Shown here: positions 1 through 11,168 of the stretch, one piece after another
Position numbering within the stretch: the stretch's first letter is position 1
Layout of the letters: the number at the start of each line of letters is the position of its first letter
Source of the DNA: Candidatus Latescibacterota bacterium
GTDB taxonomy: Bacteria > Latescibacterota > UBA2968 > UBA8231
Direction: 5' to 3'
Assembly: GCA_965221775.1 (NCBI GenBank)
Contig: CBDCSU010000006.1
Location: 544,001-608,000 of the forward strand
Length of the DNA: 64,000 bases
The notes under the pieces: generated by a model
Database searches by the model: none
What the model was told of the DNA's origin: nothing
What the model saw: the letters and a program-made list of their open reading frames with translations, nothing else
Position numbers and translations under genes: made by a program

Positions 1-554
1 ATCTCCTCCTCGCGGCCAAGGCGGCGCAGGCCGGCGGCGGCCAGGGCCACGGCGTCCACCTCCCCGGCGGCGACCTTGGCGAGGCGGGTGTCGACGTTGC
101 CGCGCAGGTCGACGAAGGTCAGGTCGGGCCGGACCGCGCTCAGTTGCGCCCGGCGGCGGGCGCTGCCGGTGGCCACCGAAGCCCCCGGGGGCAGATCCTC
201 CAGGCCGGCGCCGCCGCGGCTGACGAGGACGTCGCGCACGTCCTCGCGCGCGGGCACGGCGGCCAGCCGCAGGCGCGGCTCCATGGCGGTGGGCAGGTCC
301 TTCAGGCTGTGGACGGCGAGGTCGACGCGGCCGTCGAGCAGGGCCCGCTCCAGCCCGGCGGTGAACACCCCCTGGCCGCCGATCTTCGACAGGGCCCGGC
401 GGTCGACGTCGCCCTGGGTCCGCACGACCTGCACCCGCGTCGGCAGCTCGTCCCCGAAGCGCTCGGCCAGGGCGTCGCGCACGAGACCGGCCTGCCTCAT
501 GGCCAGGGGACTGCCGCGGGTCCCGATGACGAGGGGTGATGCGTCGGAGGCCAT
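1..554 (-). CDS. hemC: Hydroxymethylbilane synthase (porphobilinogen deaminase), 3' end runs off the window
   Basis: Own minus-strand translation from ATG 554: MASDASPLVIGTRGSPLA...GQGVFT...DLAVHSLKDLP...ATGSARR...DLRGNVDTRL, all HemC motifs. Not listed in the ORF track. Confidence 0.95.
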   Translation of the reverse strand, partial: MASDASPLVIGTRGSPLAMRQAGLVRDALAERFGDELPTRVQVVRTQGDVDRRALSKIGGQGVFTAGLERALLDGRVDLAVHSLKDLPTAMEPRLRLAAVPAREDVRDVLVSRGGAGLEDLPPGASVATGSARRRAQLSAVRPDLTFVDLRGNVDTRLAKVAAGEVDAVALAAAGLRRLGREEE

Positions 555-572
555 GCCCCGAATATAGGCGGC

Positions 573-616
573 AAGAAAACAGGGGAGATCCCCGATGCTT
601 GTGGGGACCTCCCCTG
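573..616 (-). terminator. Rho-independent terminator after glnA
   Basis: Minus strand CAGGGGAGGTCCCCA-loop-CGGGGATCTCCCCTG followed by TTTTCTT. Confidence 0.8.
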
Positions 617-645
617 GTGTCGACCCGCGGTGGGTGCGGGGTGTC

Positions 646-2118
646 TCAGACCATGTCGTAGTACAGGGCGAACTCGTACGGGTGCGGGCGCAGGCGGATG
701 GCGTCGACCTCCTCCTCGCGCTTGTAATCGATCCACGCCTGGATCACGTCCTCGGTGAAGACGTCGCCCTTGAGCAGGAACTCGTGGTCCTCCTCCAGGG
801 CCTGGATCGCCTCCTCCAGCGACGCCGGGGTCAGCGGCACGGAGCCGCGCTCCTCGGCCTCCAGGTCGTAGATGTCCTTATCCATCGGCTCGCCCGGATC
901 GATCTTGTTCTGGATGCCGTCGAGGCCCGCCATGAGCATCGCCGACATGGCCAGGTAGATGTTGCAGCTCGGGTCGGGGCAGCGGAACTCGATGCGCTTG
1001 GCCTTGGGGCTGGCCGAGTACATGGGGATGCGCACCGCCGCCGAGCGGTTGCGCTGGCTGTAGGCCAGGTTGACGGGCGCCTCGTACCCGGGCACCAGGC
1101 GCCGGTAGGAGTTGGTCGTCGGGTTGGTGAAGGCCAGGATGGCGCGGGCGTGGCGCAGGATGCCGCCGATGTAGTAGAGGGCGGTGTCGCTCAGCCCGGC
1201 GTAGCCGTTGCCCGCGAACAGGGGGGTGCCGCCCTTCCACAGGCTCTGGTGGGTGTGCATCCCCGTGCCGTTGTCCTCGAAGAGGGGCTTGGGCATGAAA
1301 GTCGCCGTCTTGCCGTGCTTCCGGGCCACGTTCTTCACCACGTACTTGTAGATCATCATGCCGTCGCCGCATTCGACCATGGGGCAGTACTTGATGTCGA
1401 TCTCCCCCTGGCCGGCGGTGCCGACCTCGTGGTGCTGCAGCTCGATCTCGAGGCCGCAGTCGATCATGGTGAGGACCATCTCCGAGCGGATGTCCTGCAG
1501 CGTGTCGTGGGGCGGCACCGGGAAGTAGCCGCCCTTGTACGGCGGCTTGTAGCCCAGGTTGCCGGGCTCCTCGGCGGCGCCCGAGTTCCAGCGGCCCTCG
1601 ACGGAGTCGATGAAGTAGTACCCGGAGTGGGCGTTCTGGTCGTACTGGATGCTGTCGAAGACGAAGAACTCCGCCTCGGGGCCGAAGTAGGCCGTGTCGG
1701 CGATGCCCGTCCCCTTCAGGTAGGCGTCGGCCCGGCGGGCGACGTTGCGCGGGTCGCGGCCGTAGTCCTCGCGCGTGATCGGGTCGACGATGTCGCAGAT
1801 CAGCGACAGCGTCTTGTGCTGGGTGAAGGGGTCCATGAACGCCGTCGACGGGTCGGGCATGACCAGCATGTCCGACTCGTTGATCGCCTGCCAGCCGCGG
1901 ATGCTGGAGCCGTCGAAGCCGAGGCCGTCCTCGAACATGTCGGCCTCGAACTCGTTCACCGGGATCGAGAAGTGCTGCCAGGTGCCCGGGAAGTCGACGA
2001 ACTTGAAGTCGACCATCTGCACGCCGTCGCGCTTGGCCTGGGCGACGACGGACCGGCCCGAGGGGGCGCTCGGGGCGGCCGCCTTCTTCTTCTTTGCTGC
2101 GGTTTTCGTCTTTGCCAT
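646..2118 (-). CDS. glnA: Type I glutamine synthetase (GSI-beta type)
   Basis: [46 protein letters not shown]; adenylylation-site Tyr in DKDIYDL; AGGAGG RBS before ATG 2118. Confidence 0.97.
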   Translation of the reverse strand: MAKTKTAAKKKKAAAPSAPSGRSVVAQAKRDGVQMVDFKFVDFPGTWQHFSIPVNEFEADMFEDGLGFDGSSIRGWQAINESDMLVMPDPSTAFMDPFTQHKTLSLICDIVDPITREDYGRDPRNVARRADAYLKGTGIADTAYFGPEAEFFVFDSIQYDQNAHSGYYFIDSVEGRWNSGAAEEPGNLGYKPPYKGGYFPVPPHDTLQDIRSEMVLTMIDCGLEIELQHHEVGTAGQGEIDIKYCPMVECGDGMMIYKYVVKNVARKHGKTATFMPKPLFEDNGTGMHTHQSLWKGGTPLFAGNGYAGLSDTALYYIGGILRHARAILAFTNPTTNSYRRLVPGYEAPVNLAYSQRNRSAAVRIPMYSASPKAKRIEFRCPDPSCNIYLAMSAMLMAGLDGIQNKIDPGEPMDKDIYDLEAEERGSVPLTPASLEEAIQALEEDHEFLLKGDVFTEDVIQAWIDYKREEEVDAIRLRPHPYEFALYYDMV

Positions 2119-2241
2119 TCCTGTCCTCCTACAGGGGATTGAGCGGAAGGGTGTGTTTCGCGGGGAACCGGAAAACGATAGGGCTTCATCCCCGGGCGGG
2201 CCACCCGGAGCGGCGCGGCCCACCCGGGGAAAGCCGGGTCC

Positions 2242-2895
2242 TCAGAAGCTGCGTCCGAAGACCAGGAAGCTGGTCTCCGAGTCCGGGTTGAGGATGTACG
2301 AGGCGAAGTAGTCGCCGTCGGAGACGTCCAGGGAGACGCTCGCCACCCCCGGGTCGCCGTCGGTGGTGTAGGCGCCGTTGCCGGCGCCCACGGTGAGGCC
2401 GACCTCGACGTCGCCGGAGAGCGCCGCCAGGGGCAGGGAGGCCTCCACCCAGAAGGAGTCGTCGGCGTCGCCGAGGAAGTTGAAGGCCGCCATGACGCTG
2501 GCCATGCCCAGATCGACGCCGGCCGACGCCTCCAGGATGTGGATCCCGTCCTCGTCGGAGAAGTTGAAGAAGTCCCCGGGCGCCTTGACCGGGAAGTAGT
2601 AGTCGGTCACGGTGACGGAGAGCTGGCCGACCGAGTAGGAGACGTAGAGGTCGTTCTCGTTGGCGCCGCCGCCGCTGATCGCCCACGAGGACCAGGCGCC
2701 GATCTCGACGGCCTCCCTGGAGAAGGCGATGCCCGGCTGCACGCTGACGGCGTTGCCGAAGTCGGTGCCTCGCCAGACGTAGCGGCTGACCACGTCGGCG
2801 CCGATGCCGATCTCCGCCGGGGCGGCGGCGGGCCAACCCGCCGCGGCGATCGCGGCGGTAGCGGCGAGGGTGCGGGTGAGGGTACGCATGCGCAT
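2242..2895 (-). CDS. Putative outer-membrane porin (TorF/TIGR02001-like) in the nitrogen operon
   Basis: Signal peptide, ADVVSRYVWRG N-terminal motif, alternating beta strands, C-terminal Phe; GGAGG RBS before ATG 2895. Confidence 0.75.
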   Translation of the reverse strand: MRMRTLTRTLAATAAIAAAGWPAAAPAEIGIGADVVSRYVWRGTDFGNAVSVQPGIAFSREAVEIGAWSSWAISGGGANENDLYVSYSVGQLSVTVTDYYFPVKAPGDFFNFSDEDGIHILEASAGVDLGMASVMAAFNFLGDADDSFWVEASLPLAALSGDVEVGLTVGAGNGAYTTDGDPGVASVSLDVSDGDYFASYILNPDSETSFLVFGRSF

Positions 2896-2927
2896 GATGT
2901 CCGTTCCTCCCATTCGGTGGGGTGGGG

Positions 2928-3266
2928 CTACAGAGCGCTGTCCCCGGTCTCTCCGGTGCGCACCCTGACGGCTTCCTGCACGGGAACGACGAAGACCTTT
3001 CCGTCGCCGGTCTGGCCGGTCTTGGAGGCCTCGACGATGGCGTCCACGGCCTGCTGCCGGTCGACCTCCCGGACCGCCACCTCCACCTTGATCTTGGGGA
3101 CGAAGTCTAGGGTATATTCGGCGCCGCGGTAGACCTCGCGGTGTCCGCGCTGGCGGCCGAAGCCCCGGACCTCCAGCACCGAGAGGCCGGCGATGCCGAT
3201 CTCCGCCAGCGCCTGCTGCACCTTCTCCAGCGACGCGGGCCGCAGATACGCTTCGATCTTGACCAT
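2928..3266 (-). CDS. glnK: Nitrogen regulatory protein P-II (GlnK/GlnB family)
   Basis: 112 aa; GFGRQRG, T-loop YRGAEY with Tyr51, TGQTGDGKVFV; directly downstream of amtB. Confidence 0.93.
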   Translation of the reverse strand: MVKIEAYLRPASLEKVQQALAEIGIAGLSVLEVRGFGRQRGHREVYRGAEYTLDFVPKIKVEVAVREVDRQQAVDAIVEASKTGQTGDGKVFVVPVQEAVRVRTGETGDSAL

Positions 3267-3290
3267 TTCTCTCTCTCCTCTGTCGCTGTG

Positions 3291-4631
3291 TCAGTTGGCG
3301 ATGTACTGGAAGTCGGCGTAGGCCGGCTGGCCGTGCTCGCCCAGGTCGAGCCCCTCGTCCTCCTCCTCGGCGCTCACGCGCAGGCCCAGGGTGTGCTTGA
3401 CCAGGGTGGCCAGGACGAAGGAGACGACGAAGGCGAAGACGGCATACGACAAGGTGCCGGCGATCTGGACGCCCACGGTGTGCTCCGGATTGGTGCTGAA
3501 GAGGCCCACGGCGACGGTGCCCCAGACGCCGCAGACGCCGTGCACGGAGATCGCGCCCACCGGGTCGTCGACGCGCAGGCGGTCGATGAGGACGATGGAG
3601 AACACGACGATCACGCCGGCGATGAGGCCGATGAGGATGGCCCCCGTCCAGGTCACCGAGTCGGCCCCCGCGGTGATGCCCACGAGGCCCGCCAGGATGC
3701 CGTTGAGGGCCATGGTGATGTCCGGCTTCTTCAGGTAGGCCATGGAGGTGAAGATCGAGGCCAGCCCCCCGGCGGCGGCGGCCAGCGAGGTGGTGACGAA
3801 GACCAGGGCGACGGCGCCCGGGTCGGCGCTGAGGACCGAGCCGCCGTTGAAGCCGAACCAGCCGAGCCACAGCAGGAAGACGCCGATCGTGGCCAGGGGC
3901 ATGCTGTGGCCGAGGATCGGCCGCACCTGGCCGTCGGCGGTGTACTTGCCGATGCGGGGCCCGAGGACGAGGACCGCCGCCAGGGCCGAGAACCCGCCGA
4001 AGGCGTGGACGATCGACGAGCCGGCGAAGTCGTAGAAGCCCATGGCGTCGAGCCAGCCGCCGCCCCACTTCCAGGAGCCGGCCACCGGGTAGCAGAAGGC
4101 GACGAGGATCGCGGCGTAGACCATGAAGCCGGTGAGCTTGACGCGCTCGGCCACGGCGCCGGAGACGATGGTGGCCGCGGTGGCGGCGAACATCGCCTGG
4201 AAGATGAAGTCGGCCCAGTAGGTGTAGTCGGCGTAGGCGGCGGTGAGGTTGGCCACCTCGTCGCTGAAGCCGATCGGCCCGAGGATCGCCAGGAAGCCGT
4301 TGAAGTCTCCGGGGTACATCGTGTTGAAGCCGGTGAGGGCGTAGGTGAGGATCCCGGCGCAGATGATGAACACGTTCTTGAAGAGGATGTTCACCGTGTT
4401 CTTCTGCCGCGTCAGGCCCGACTCCAGGGTGGCGAAGCCCAGGTGCATGACGAAGACGAGGGCCGCGGCGATCAGGATCCACAGGTTGTCGATCACGAAC
4501 TTCGGGTAGACCAGGGGCATGCCCCGGAACCCGTCCATGGACGTGATCTCCTGCGCGTGGGCAGGTGAGATGGCTGCGAGCAGGACCGCCGCGGGCAGCA
4601 GTCGCAGCAGGAGACGCCAGTGTTGGCGCAT
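3291..4631 (-). CDS. amtB: Ammonium transporter
   Basis: FQAMFAATAATIVSGAVAER, DFAGSSIVH, WFGFNGGS, DDPVGAISVHG (twin His); GGAGG RBS before ATG 4631; N-terminal signal peptide. Confidence 0.96.
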   Translation of the reverse strand: MRQHWRLLLRLLPAAVLLAAISPAHAQEITSMDGFRGMPLVYPKFVIDNLWILIAAALVFVMHLGFATLESGLTRQKNTVNILFKNVFIICAGILTYALTGFNTMYPGDFNGFLAILGPIGFSDEVANLTAAYADYTYWADFIFQAMFAATAATIVSGAVAERVKLTGFMVYAAILVAFCYPVAGSWKWGGGWLDAMGFYDFAGSSIVHAFGGFSALAAVLVLGPRIGKYTADGQVRPILGHSMPLATIGVFLLWLGWFGFNGGSVLSADPGAVALVFVTTSLAAAAGGLASIFTSMAYLKKPDITMALNGILAGLVGITAGADSVTWTGAILIGLIAGVIVVFSIVLIDRLRVDDPVGAISVHGVCGVWGTVAVGLFSTNPEHTVGVQIAGTLSYAVFAFVVSFVLATLVKHTLGLRVSAEEEDEGLDLGEHGQPAYADFQYIAN

Positions 4632-4679
4632 GGCCGTTCTTCCTCCGTGGGGGGTGAGAGGCTGTCGGCTCGGGTCTGT

Positions 4680-4696
4680 AGCAACCCTGGTACCAG
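4680..4696 (-). promoter_or_regulatory. Sigma54 (-24/-12) promoter of amtB-glnK-porin-glnA
   Basis: Minus strand CTGGTACCAGGGTTGCT = TGG-N10-GC spacing, about 50 nt upstream of amtB, next to a sigma54 activator gene. Confidence 0.8.
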
Positions 4697-4788
4697 CACC
4701 AGGGGACAACCCCTGAATCCCCTCCCAAGAGGCTGTTTTTACTCGATTTGCAGGATTCTGGAGCGCGGGTTTCCCAGAGGAAGAATGA

Positions 4789-4828
4789 GACAATTTCGTC
4801 TTTTTGCAGTTGAACTGCGACGAATTTG

Positions 4829-4830
<2 letters not shown>
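4789..4830. promoter_or_regulatory. Tandem palindromic upstream activator sites
   Basis: GACAATTTCGTC (4789-4800) and GACGAATTTGTC (4819-4830), 30 bp start-to-start, about 95-135 bp upstream of the sigma54 promoter. Confidence 0.7.
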
Positions 4831-6397
<1,567 letters not shown>

Positions 6398-6420
6398 CAT
6401 CACCTCCGATGGAGGAAGGG

Positions 6421-6462
6421 AACAAAAATGTCTCTTGTTGAAACCAAAAAGACAAATATGTC
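6421..6462. promoter_or_regulatory. Second tandem GACA-N4-TGTC pair (probable autoregulatory sites)
   Basis: AACAAAAATGTC (6421-6432) and GACAAATATGTC (6451-6462), again 30 bp apart, just upstream of the activator start. Confidence 0.7.
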
Positions 6463-6566
6463 TCCATGAATCTGGCCGTCAAGGCCCGCTCCCTGCCGGC
6501 CGGCCCCCGATCGCCGGACACGCGCGCCGGCCGGCCGTGGGCCCCCGGACCCCGCGGGCGGCTCGA

Positions 6567-6595
6567 TTGACACTGGCCGGGGGCCGGGGTAACCT
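6567..6595 (+). promoter_or_regulatory. Sigma70-type promoter
   Basis: TTGACA-N17-TAACCT, ending 27 nt upstream of ATG 6623. Confidence 0.65.
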
Positions 6596-6622
6596 AGCCC
6601 GCCCCCGAAGAGACGAACCGCC

Positions 6623-7387
6623 ATGAGCGCAGACATCACCCAACTGCTCGACGCCTGGGCCTACGATCCCGAGTCGAACGTGCGCAAGATCAAGGGCGCC
6701 GACGGCGTCGCCAAGATCCAGGTGCGCGTCGACCAGGGCGCCTTCCAGGGCATCCTCCAGCTCAACCTCGACGGCCGTCCCGACGGCCGGCGGCCCCACG
6801 ACCACGACTTCGCCCTCGATCACTACACGGCCGCCCTGGAGGACCACCGCGCCAGCCACGGGGGCAGCGACCGGGACTTCCACCTCGACCGGGAGGTCTG
6901 CAAGGAGCTCTTCGACGAGAGTTCCCGCATCTACGGTCGCTACGTCTTCCTGCTGCAGATCAAGGAGTACCAGCGCGTCGTCCGCGACACCGAGCGCAAC
7001 ATGGCCCTGTTCCGCTTCGTCAACCGCTACGCGTCCCACGAGGACGACCGCAACAACCTCGAGAAGTGGTGGCCCTACGTCCTGCGCATCGACGCCACGG
7101 CGCGGGCCATGCTCGCCGTCGAGGAGGACGACTTCGACCACGCCATCGGCCGCCTGAACAAGGCGCGCCAGAGCATCGAAGAGCTCGATGACGTGGACGC
7201 CGAGGAGTTCCACGCCGAGCGCGAGCGCTCCCTCCAGGCTATCGACGAGCTGGTGAAGGAGCTCACCGGGCGGCGGCCCCTCAGCGAGAAGGAGCGCCTC
7301 CGCCAGGAGCTGGAGACGGCCGTCTCCCGCGAGGAGTTCGAGCGCGCCGCCGAGCTCCGCGACCAGCTCAACCAGCTCGACGATTGA
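6623..7387 (+). CDS. UvrB/UvrC motif-containing protein
   Basis: C-terminal UVR coiled coil LRQELETAVSREEFERAAELRDQL; N-terminal KIQVRVDQG...GRPDGRRP; host-like codon usage. Confidence 0.8.
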   Translation: MSADITQLLDAWAYDPESNVRKIKGADGVAKIQVRVDQGAFQGILQLNLDGRPDGRRPHDHDFALDHYTAALEDHRASHGGSDRDFHLDREVCKELFDESSRIYGRYVFLLQIKEYQRVVRDTERNMALFRFVNRYASHEDDRNNLEKWWPYVLRIDATARAMLAVEEDDFDHAIGRLNKARQSIEELDDVDAEEFHAERERSLQAIDELVKELTGRRPLSEKERLRQELETAVSREEFERAAELRDQLNQLDD

Positions 7388-8670
7388 CCGCCCCCGAGGC
7401 ACCTCCCGCGGCCGCCGCGGCGGCGCCGGCCTGGTACCGCCGGCTGCACTGGCAGGTGGCCCTGGCCATGGTCCTGGGCACCCTCGCCGGCCTCGCCGGG
7501 GGCGAGCCCCTGGCCGCGGAGCTGGGGTGGATCGGGCAGCTCTTCATACAGCTCCTCAAGATGGTCATCGTGCCCCTGGTCCTCGCCTCGATCATCTCCG
7601 GCGTCGCCTCGGTGGGCGGCGCCGGCCTGGGGCGGCTCTTCGGCAAGACCCTGGGCTACTACCTGGCCACCAGCTTCCTCGCCGTCCTCACCGGGCTGGT
7701 CCTGGTCAACCTGATCAGGCCCGGCGCCGGCGCCGACCTCGGCGGCGCCGAGACCCGGCAGCTGCCCGACCTCACGGTGGTGACCTCCCCCGTCGACCTC
7801 CTCCTCGACATCGTCCCCGTCAACATCGTCGACGCCGCCTCCGAGGCGAAGATGCTCTCCATCATCTTCTTCGCCATCCTCGTGGGCCTCAGCATCGCCG
7901 GCCTGCCGCCCCGCCACCGCGACCCCCTGACCGGTCTCGCCGCCGCCGCCTTCCAGGCGATGATGCGCCTCACCTCGGGGATCATCCGCTGGGTGGCGCC
8001 GATCGGCGTGTTCTCCCTCATCCTCACCCTCGTGGGGACCACGGGACTGGGCTCCTTCAAGGCCCTGGGCCTCTACGCCCTGGTCCTGTGCCTGGGGCTG
8101 ACCTTCCACCTCTTCGTGGCGCTGCCCCTGGTGCTGCGGATGATCCTCGGCGGCATCGATCCGCGGATCCACTTCCGCAACATGGTGCAGCCCATGTGCA
8201 TGGCCTTCTCCACCAGCTCCTCGGGGGCGACCCTGCCGGTGACGATCGACGCCGTGGAGCGCAAGGTCGGCGTCTCCAACCGCGTGACCTCCTTCGTGCT
8301 GCCCATGGGCGCCACCGTCAACATGGACGGCACCGCCCTCTACGAGTGCGCCGGGGTGCTGTTCATCGCCCAGGTGATGGGGGTGGCCATGGGCCTGGAG
8401 CAGCAGGCGCTGATCGTGGTCACCGCCCTGCTCGCCTCCATCGGCGCCGCAGCGGTGCCCTCGGCCGGCCTGGTGATGATCTTCATCGTCCTCGAGGCGG
8501 TGAACCTCACGGGGCCGCAGGTGGCCCTCATCGTGGGGGCCATGCTCGCCATCGACCGGCCCCTGGACATGTACCGCACCGTGGTCAACGTCTTCAGCGA
8601 CTCCTGCGGCGCCGCCGTCATCGCCCGCTCCGAGGGCGAGACAGCCGTCGACACGGTGGCGCGGGACTGA
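7384..8670 (+). CDS. Dicarboxylate/amino acid:cation symporter (DAACS, GltP-like)
   Basis: LKMVIVPLV, AFSTSSSGATLP, GATVNMDG, ASIGAAAVP, DRPLDMYRTVVNV. Confidence 0.93.
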   Translation: MTAPEAPPAAAAAAPAWYRRLHWQVALAMVLGTLAGLAGGEPLAAELGWIGQLFIQLLKMVIVPLVLASIISGVASVGGAGLGRLFGKTLGYYLATSFLAVLTGLVLVNLIRPGAGADLGGAETRQLPDLTVVTSPVDLLLDIVPVNIVDAASEAKMLSIIFFAILVGLSIAGLPPRHRDPLTGLAAAAFQAMMRLTSGIIRWVAPIGVFSLILTLVGTTGLGSFKALGLYALVLCLGLTFHLFVALPLVLRMILGGIDPRIHFRNMVQPMCMAFSTSSSGATLPVTIDAVERKVGVSNRVTSFVLPMGATVNMDGTALYECAGVLFIAQVMGVAMGLEQQALIVVTALLASIGAAAVPSAGLVMIFIVLEAVNLTGPQVALIVGAMLAIDRPLDMYRTVVNVFSDSCGAAVIARSEGETAVDTVARD

Positions 8671-8675
8671 TCCCC

Positions 8676-9815
8676 TCAGGCGGCCGCCGCCAGCGCCGCC
8701 TCGATCTCCTCCAGCACCTCGGCGTCGGTCTCGCGGTCCCGCGCATCGCCCAGGGCCTGCCTGGCCTCGTCGCCCCCGAGCTGGCCCAGGGCCCAGGCCA
8801 CGTGGGCCCGCACCAGGGGCTCCTCCTCCCGCTCCAGGGCCCGCGCCAGGTGCGGCACCACCCGCCGGTCGCCGGCGTTGCCGAGGCTGACGGCGGCGTT
8901 GCGCAGCATGCCGCGGCGCTTGGGGCGCTTGGCCGGGTTGCGGCGGAAGCGCTCGTTGAAGGCGTCGCGGTCCATGGCCAGAAGCTCCACCAGGTCCACC
9001 GGGTCGAGGCCGGGCCGCGGGTGGAAGGCCTCCTCCCCCGTGGCTGGGGCGCGGCGGTTCCACGGGCAGACCTCCTGGCAGATGTCGCAGCCGAGGACCC
9101 AGTCGCCGACGCCTTCGCGCAGCTCCCGGGGAATCGCCTCCTTCAGCTCGATCGTCAGGTAGGAGATGCAGCGCCGCGCGTCGAGGACGTAGGGCTCGGG
9201 GAAGGCGCCGGTGGGGCAGGCCTCCAGGCACAGGGTGCAGGAGCCGCAGTGGTCGACCTCGGGCGTGTCGCAGGTCAGCTCGAGGGTGGTGACGATCTCG
9301 GCGAGGAAGAAGTACGAGCCGGCGCCGCGGTTGATGAGGCAGGTGTTCTTGCCCCACCAGCCGAGGCCGGCGCGGGCGGCCAGCTCGCGCTCGAGGACCG
9401 GCGCCGTGTCCACCGACCAGCGGCCCTCGCCGCCGCCGGCGCGCACCCGCAGCGCCTCCCACAGGCCCTTGAGGCGGCTCTCGATCAGGCCATGGTAGTC
9501 GTCGCCCCGGGCGTAGCGCGCGATCCGCCCCCGCGGCCGTCCGGGGACCGCCTCCGGCTCGGCGGAGTCCGGGGGATCGTAGTGCATGCCGAGGCAGATG
9601 ACGCTGCGCGCCCCCGGCACCCGCTTCCGCGGGTCGGACCGGCCTTCGAGGTTGCGCTCGAGCCAGGACATGCGGCCGGCGAAGCCGAGGGCCACCCAGC
9701 GCGCGTAGAACTCCGCGCCGGCGAGGGGATCGGCCGGGGTCACCCCGAAGAGGTCGAAACCCTGGCGCTCCGCCTGCTGGCGGGCGAACCGGGTCAGCGC
9801 CTCCCGATCGGACAC
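8676..9815 (-). CDS. queG: Epoxyqueuosine reductase
   Basis: ARYARGDDYH, VDTAPVLER, GKNTCLI, CGSCTLCLEACPTGA, CISYLTIE, GCDICQEVCPWN, HEAT-like tail. Confidence 0.95.
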   Translation of the reverse strand: MSDREALTRFARQQAERQGFDLFGVTPADPLAGAEFYARWVALGFAGRMSWLERNLEGRSDPRKRVPGARSVICLGMHYDPPDSAEPEAVPGRPRGRIARYARGDDYHGLIESRLKGLWEALRVRAGGGEGRWSVDTAPVLERELAARAGLGWWGKNTCLINRGAGSYFFLAEIVTTLELTCDTPEVDHCGSCTLCLEACPTGAFPEPYVLDARRCISYLTIELKEAIPRELREGVGDWVLGCDICQEVCPWNRRAPATGEEAFHPRPGLDPVDLVELLAMDRDAFNERFRRNPAKRPKRRGMLRNAAVSLGNAGDRRVVPHLARALEREEEPLVRAHVAWALGQLGGDEARQALGDARDRETDAEVLEEIEAALAAAA

Positions 9816-9834
9816 ACCGGTCCCCGCGGCCGGA

Positions 9835-11160
9835 CTACTGGAAGAGTTCCAGGACGGGGTTGAGGACGAACTGGTTGAGGTCGTTGAAGGTGACCATGAC
9901 CATGATGAAGAGGATGATCACCAGGCCGACCTGCTGGGCCACCTCCCGCTGGCGCACCGAGGGCGGGCGGCGCAGGATCGCCTCCAGGGTGAGGAAAGTG
10001 AGGTGGCCGCCGTCGAGGACGGGGATGGGCAGGAGGTTGAGGACGGCGAGGTTGACGCTGAGGAGGGCGAGGAACTGCAGGAAGTAGCGCAGCCCCATGT
10101 CGGCGGTGTCGTCGGCCATGATGGCGATGCGGATCGGGCCGCCGAGCTCCTTGTAGCGCCGGTCCTCGAAGATGCTGCCGAGGAAGTCGAGAATCAGCGA
10201 CGACGACGAGTAGACGCTCCAGGCGCCGATCTTCACCGCCTCCCACCAGCCGATGCTCACCGACCCCGACTGGTGGTGGCGGATGCCGATGATGCCGATC
10301 GGCTTGTCGCCCTCGAGCCGCTCCTCGGGGGTGATCATGGCGGTCATGGCGCGTCCGCCGCGCTGCCACCGCAGCTCGATCGCCTCGCCGGGGTGGACGC
10401 TGATCACCTCGCGCATGCCGGACCAGGTGGCCACCGGCTGGCCGTCCACGCCGGTGATCAGGTCGCCCCGCTGCAGGCCCAGCGCGGCGGCCGGGGTCCC
10501 GGGGTCGGTGCTGCCCACCCGCGGCGGCAGCATCACGGTCAGGCCGTAGGCGCCGGCCGGCTCGGCCGGCAGCTCCACCTCGACCAGGCCGCCGCCGCGC
10601 TCGACGGAGAGCACGGCGCCGGAGATGGAGGCCCGCTTCAGGCCCTCCACCAGCTCGTGGGCGTTGCTCACCGCCTTGCCGTCGACGGCGCGGATGACGT
10701 CGGCGTGGCGCAGGCCGGCGGCCGCGGCCACCGAGCCCTCGGCGGGATCGATGAGGGTCGACTCCACCGTCTCCATGCCGAAGCCGCCGTAGACGACGAC
10801 GAAGACGGCGAAGGCGAAGACGAAGTTCATCAGCGGGCCGGCGGCGATCACCGCCATGCGCACCGGCAGCGACTTGGAGGGGAACTCCCAGGGCTCGCCC
10901 CGGCTCTCCTCGGAGCCGACGTCGGCCATGCCCGCCACCTTCACGTAGCCGCCGAAGGGGATCCAGGAGATGCAGTACTCCGTCTCCCCCCGGACGAAGC
11001 CGACCATCTTCGGCGGGTAGCCGAGGGAGAACCGCTCGACGCGGATGCCGGCGCGCTTGGCCACCAGGAAGTGGCCGAGCTCGTGGACGAAGACCAGGAC
11101 GCCGAGGGCGATGAGGAACCAGGAGAGGCCGATGAGTCCGTCGAGGATCGATTCGAGCAC
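9835..11160 (-). CDS. rseP: RIP metalloprotease with two PDZ domains
   Basis: HELGH, PFGGYVK, AGPLMN, NLLPIPVLDGG. Confidence 0.95.
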   Translation of the reverse strand: MLESILDGLIGLSWFLIALGVLVFVHELGHFLVAKRAGIRVERFSLGYPPKMVGFVRGETEYCISWIPFGGYVKVAGMADVGSEESRGEPWEFPSKSLPVRMAVIAAGPLMNFVFAFAVFVVVYGGFGMETVESTLIDPAEGSVAAAAGLRHADVIRAVDGKAVSNAHELVEGLKRASISGAVLSVERGGGLVEVELPAEPAGAYGLTVMLPPRVGSTDPGTPAAALGLQRGDLITGVDGQPVATWSGMREVISVHPGEAIELRWQRGGRAMTAMITPEERLEGDKPIGIIGIRHHQSGSVSIGWWEAVKIGAWSVYSSSSLILDFLGSIFEDRRYKELGGPIRIAIMADDTADMGLRYFLQFLALLSVNLAVLNLLPIPVLDGGHLTFLTLEAILRRPPSVRQREVAQQVGLVIILFIMVMVTFNDLNQFVLNPVLELFQ

Positions 11161-11168
11161 GGGGGGAG

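Noticed and set aside
595-2142. Long antisense or alternate-frame ORFs (e.g. 595-2142, 3141-4568, 7075-9462, 21469-24486, 51057-53345, 60733-63039)
   Set aside because: Shadow ORFs expected from high GC3 codon bias; they overlap well-supported genes and show no protein motifs
2119-2241. Glutamine (glnA) riboswitch in the glnA leader
   Set aside because: Only an ATCGTT hexamer resembles it; the other conserved elements are absent
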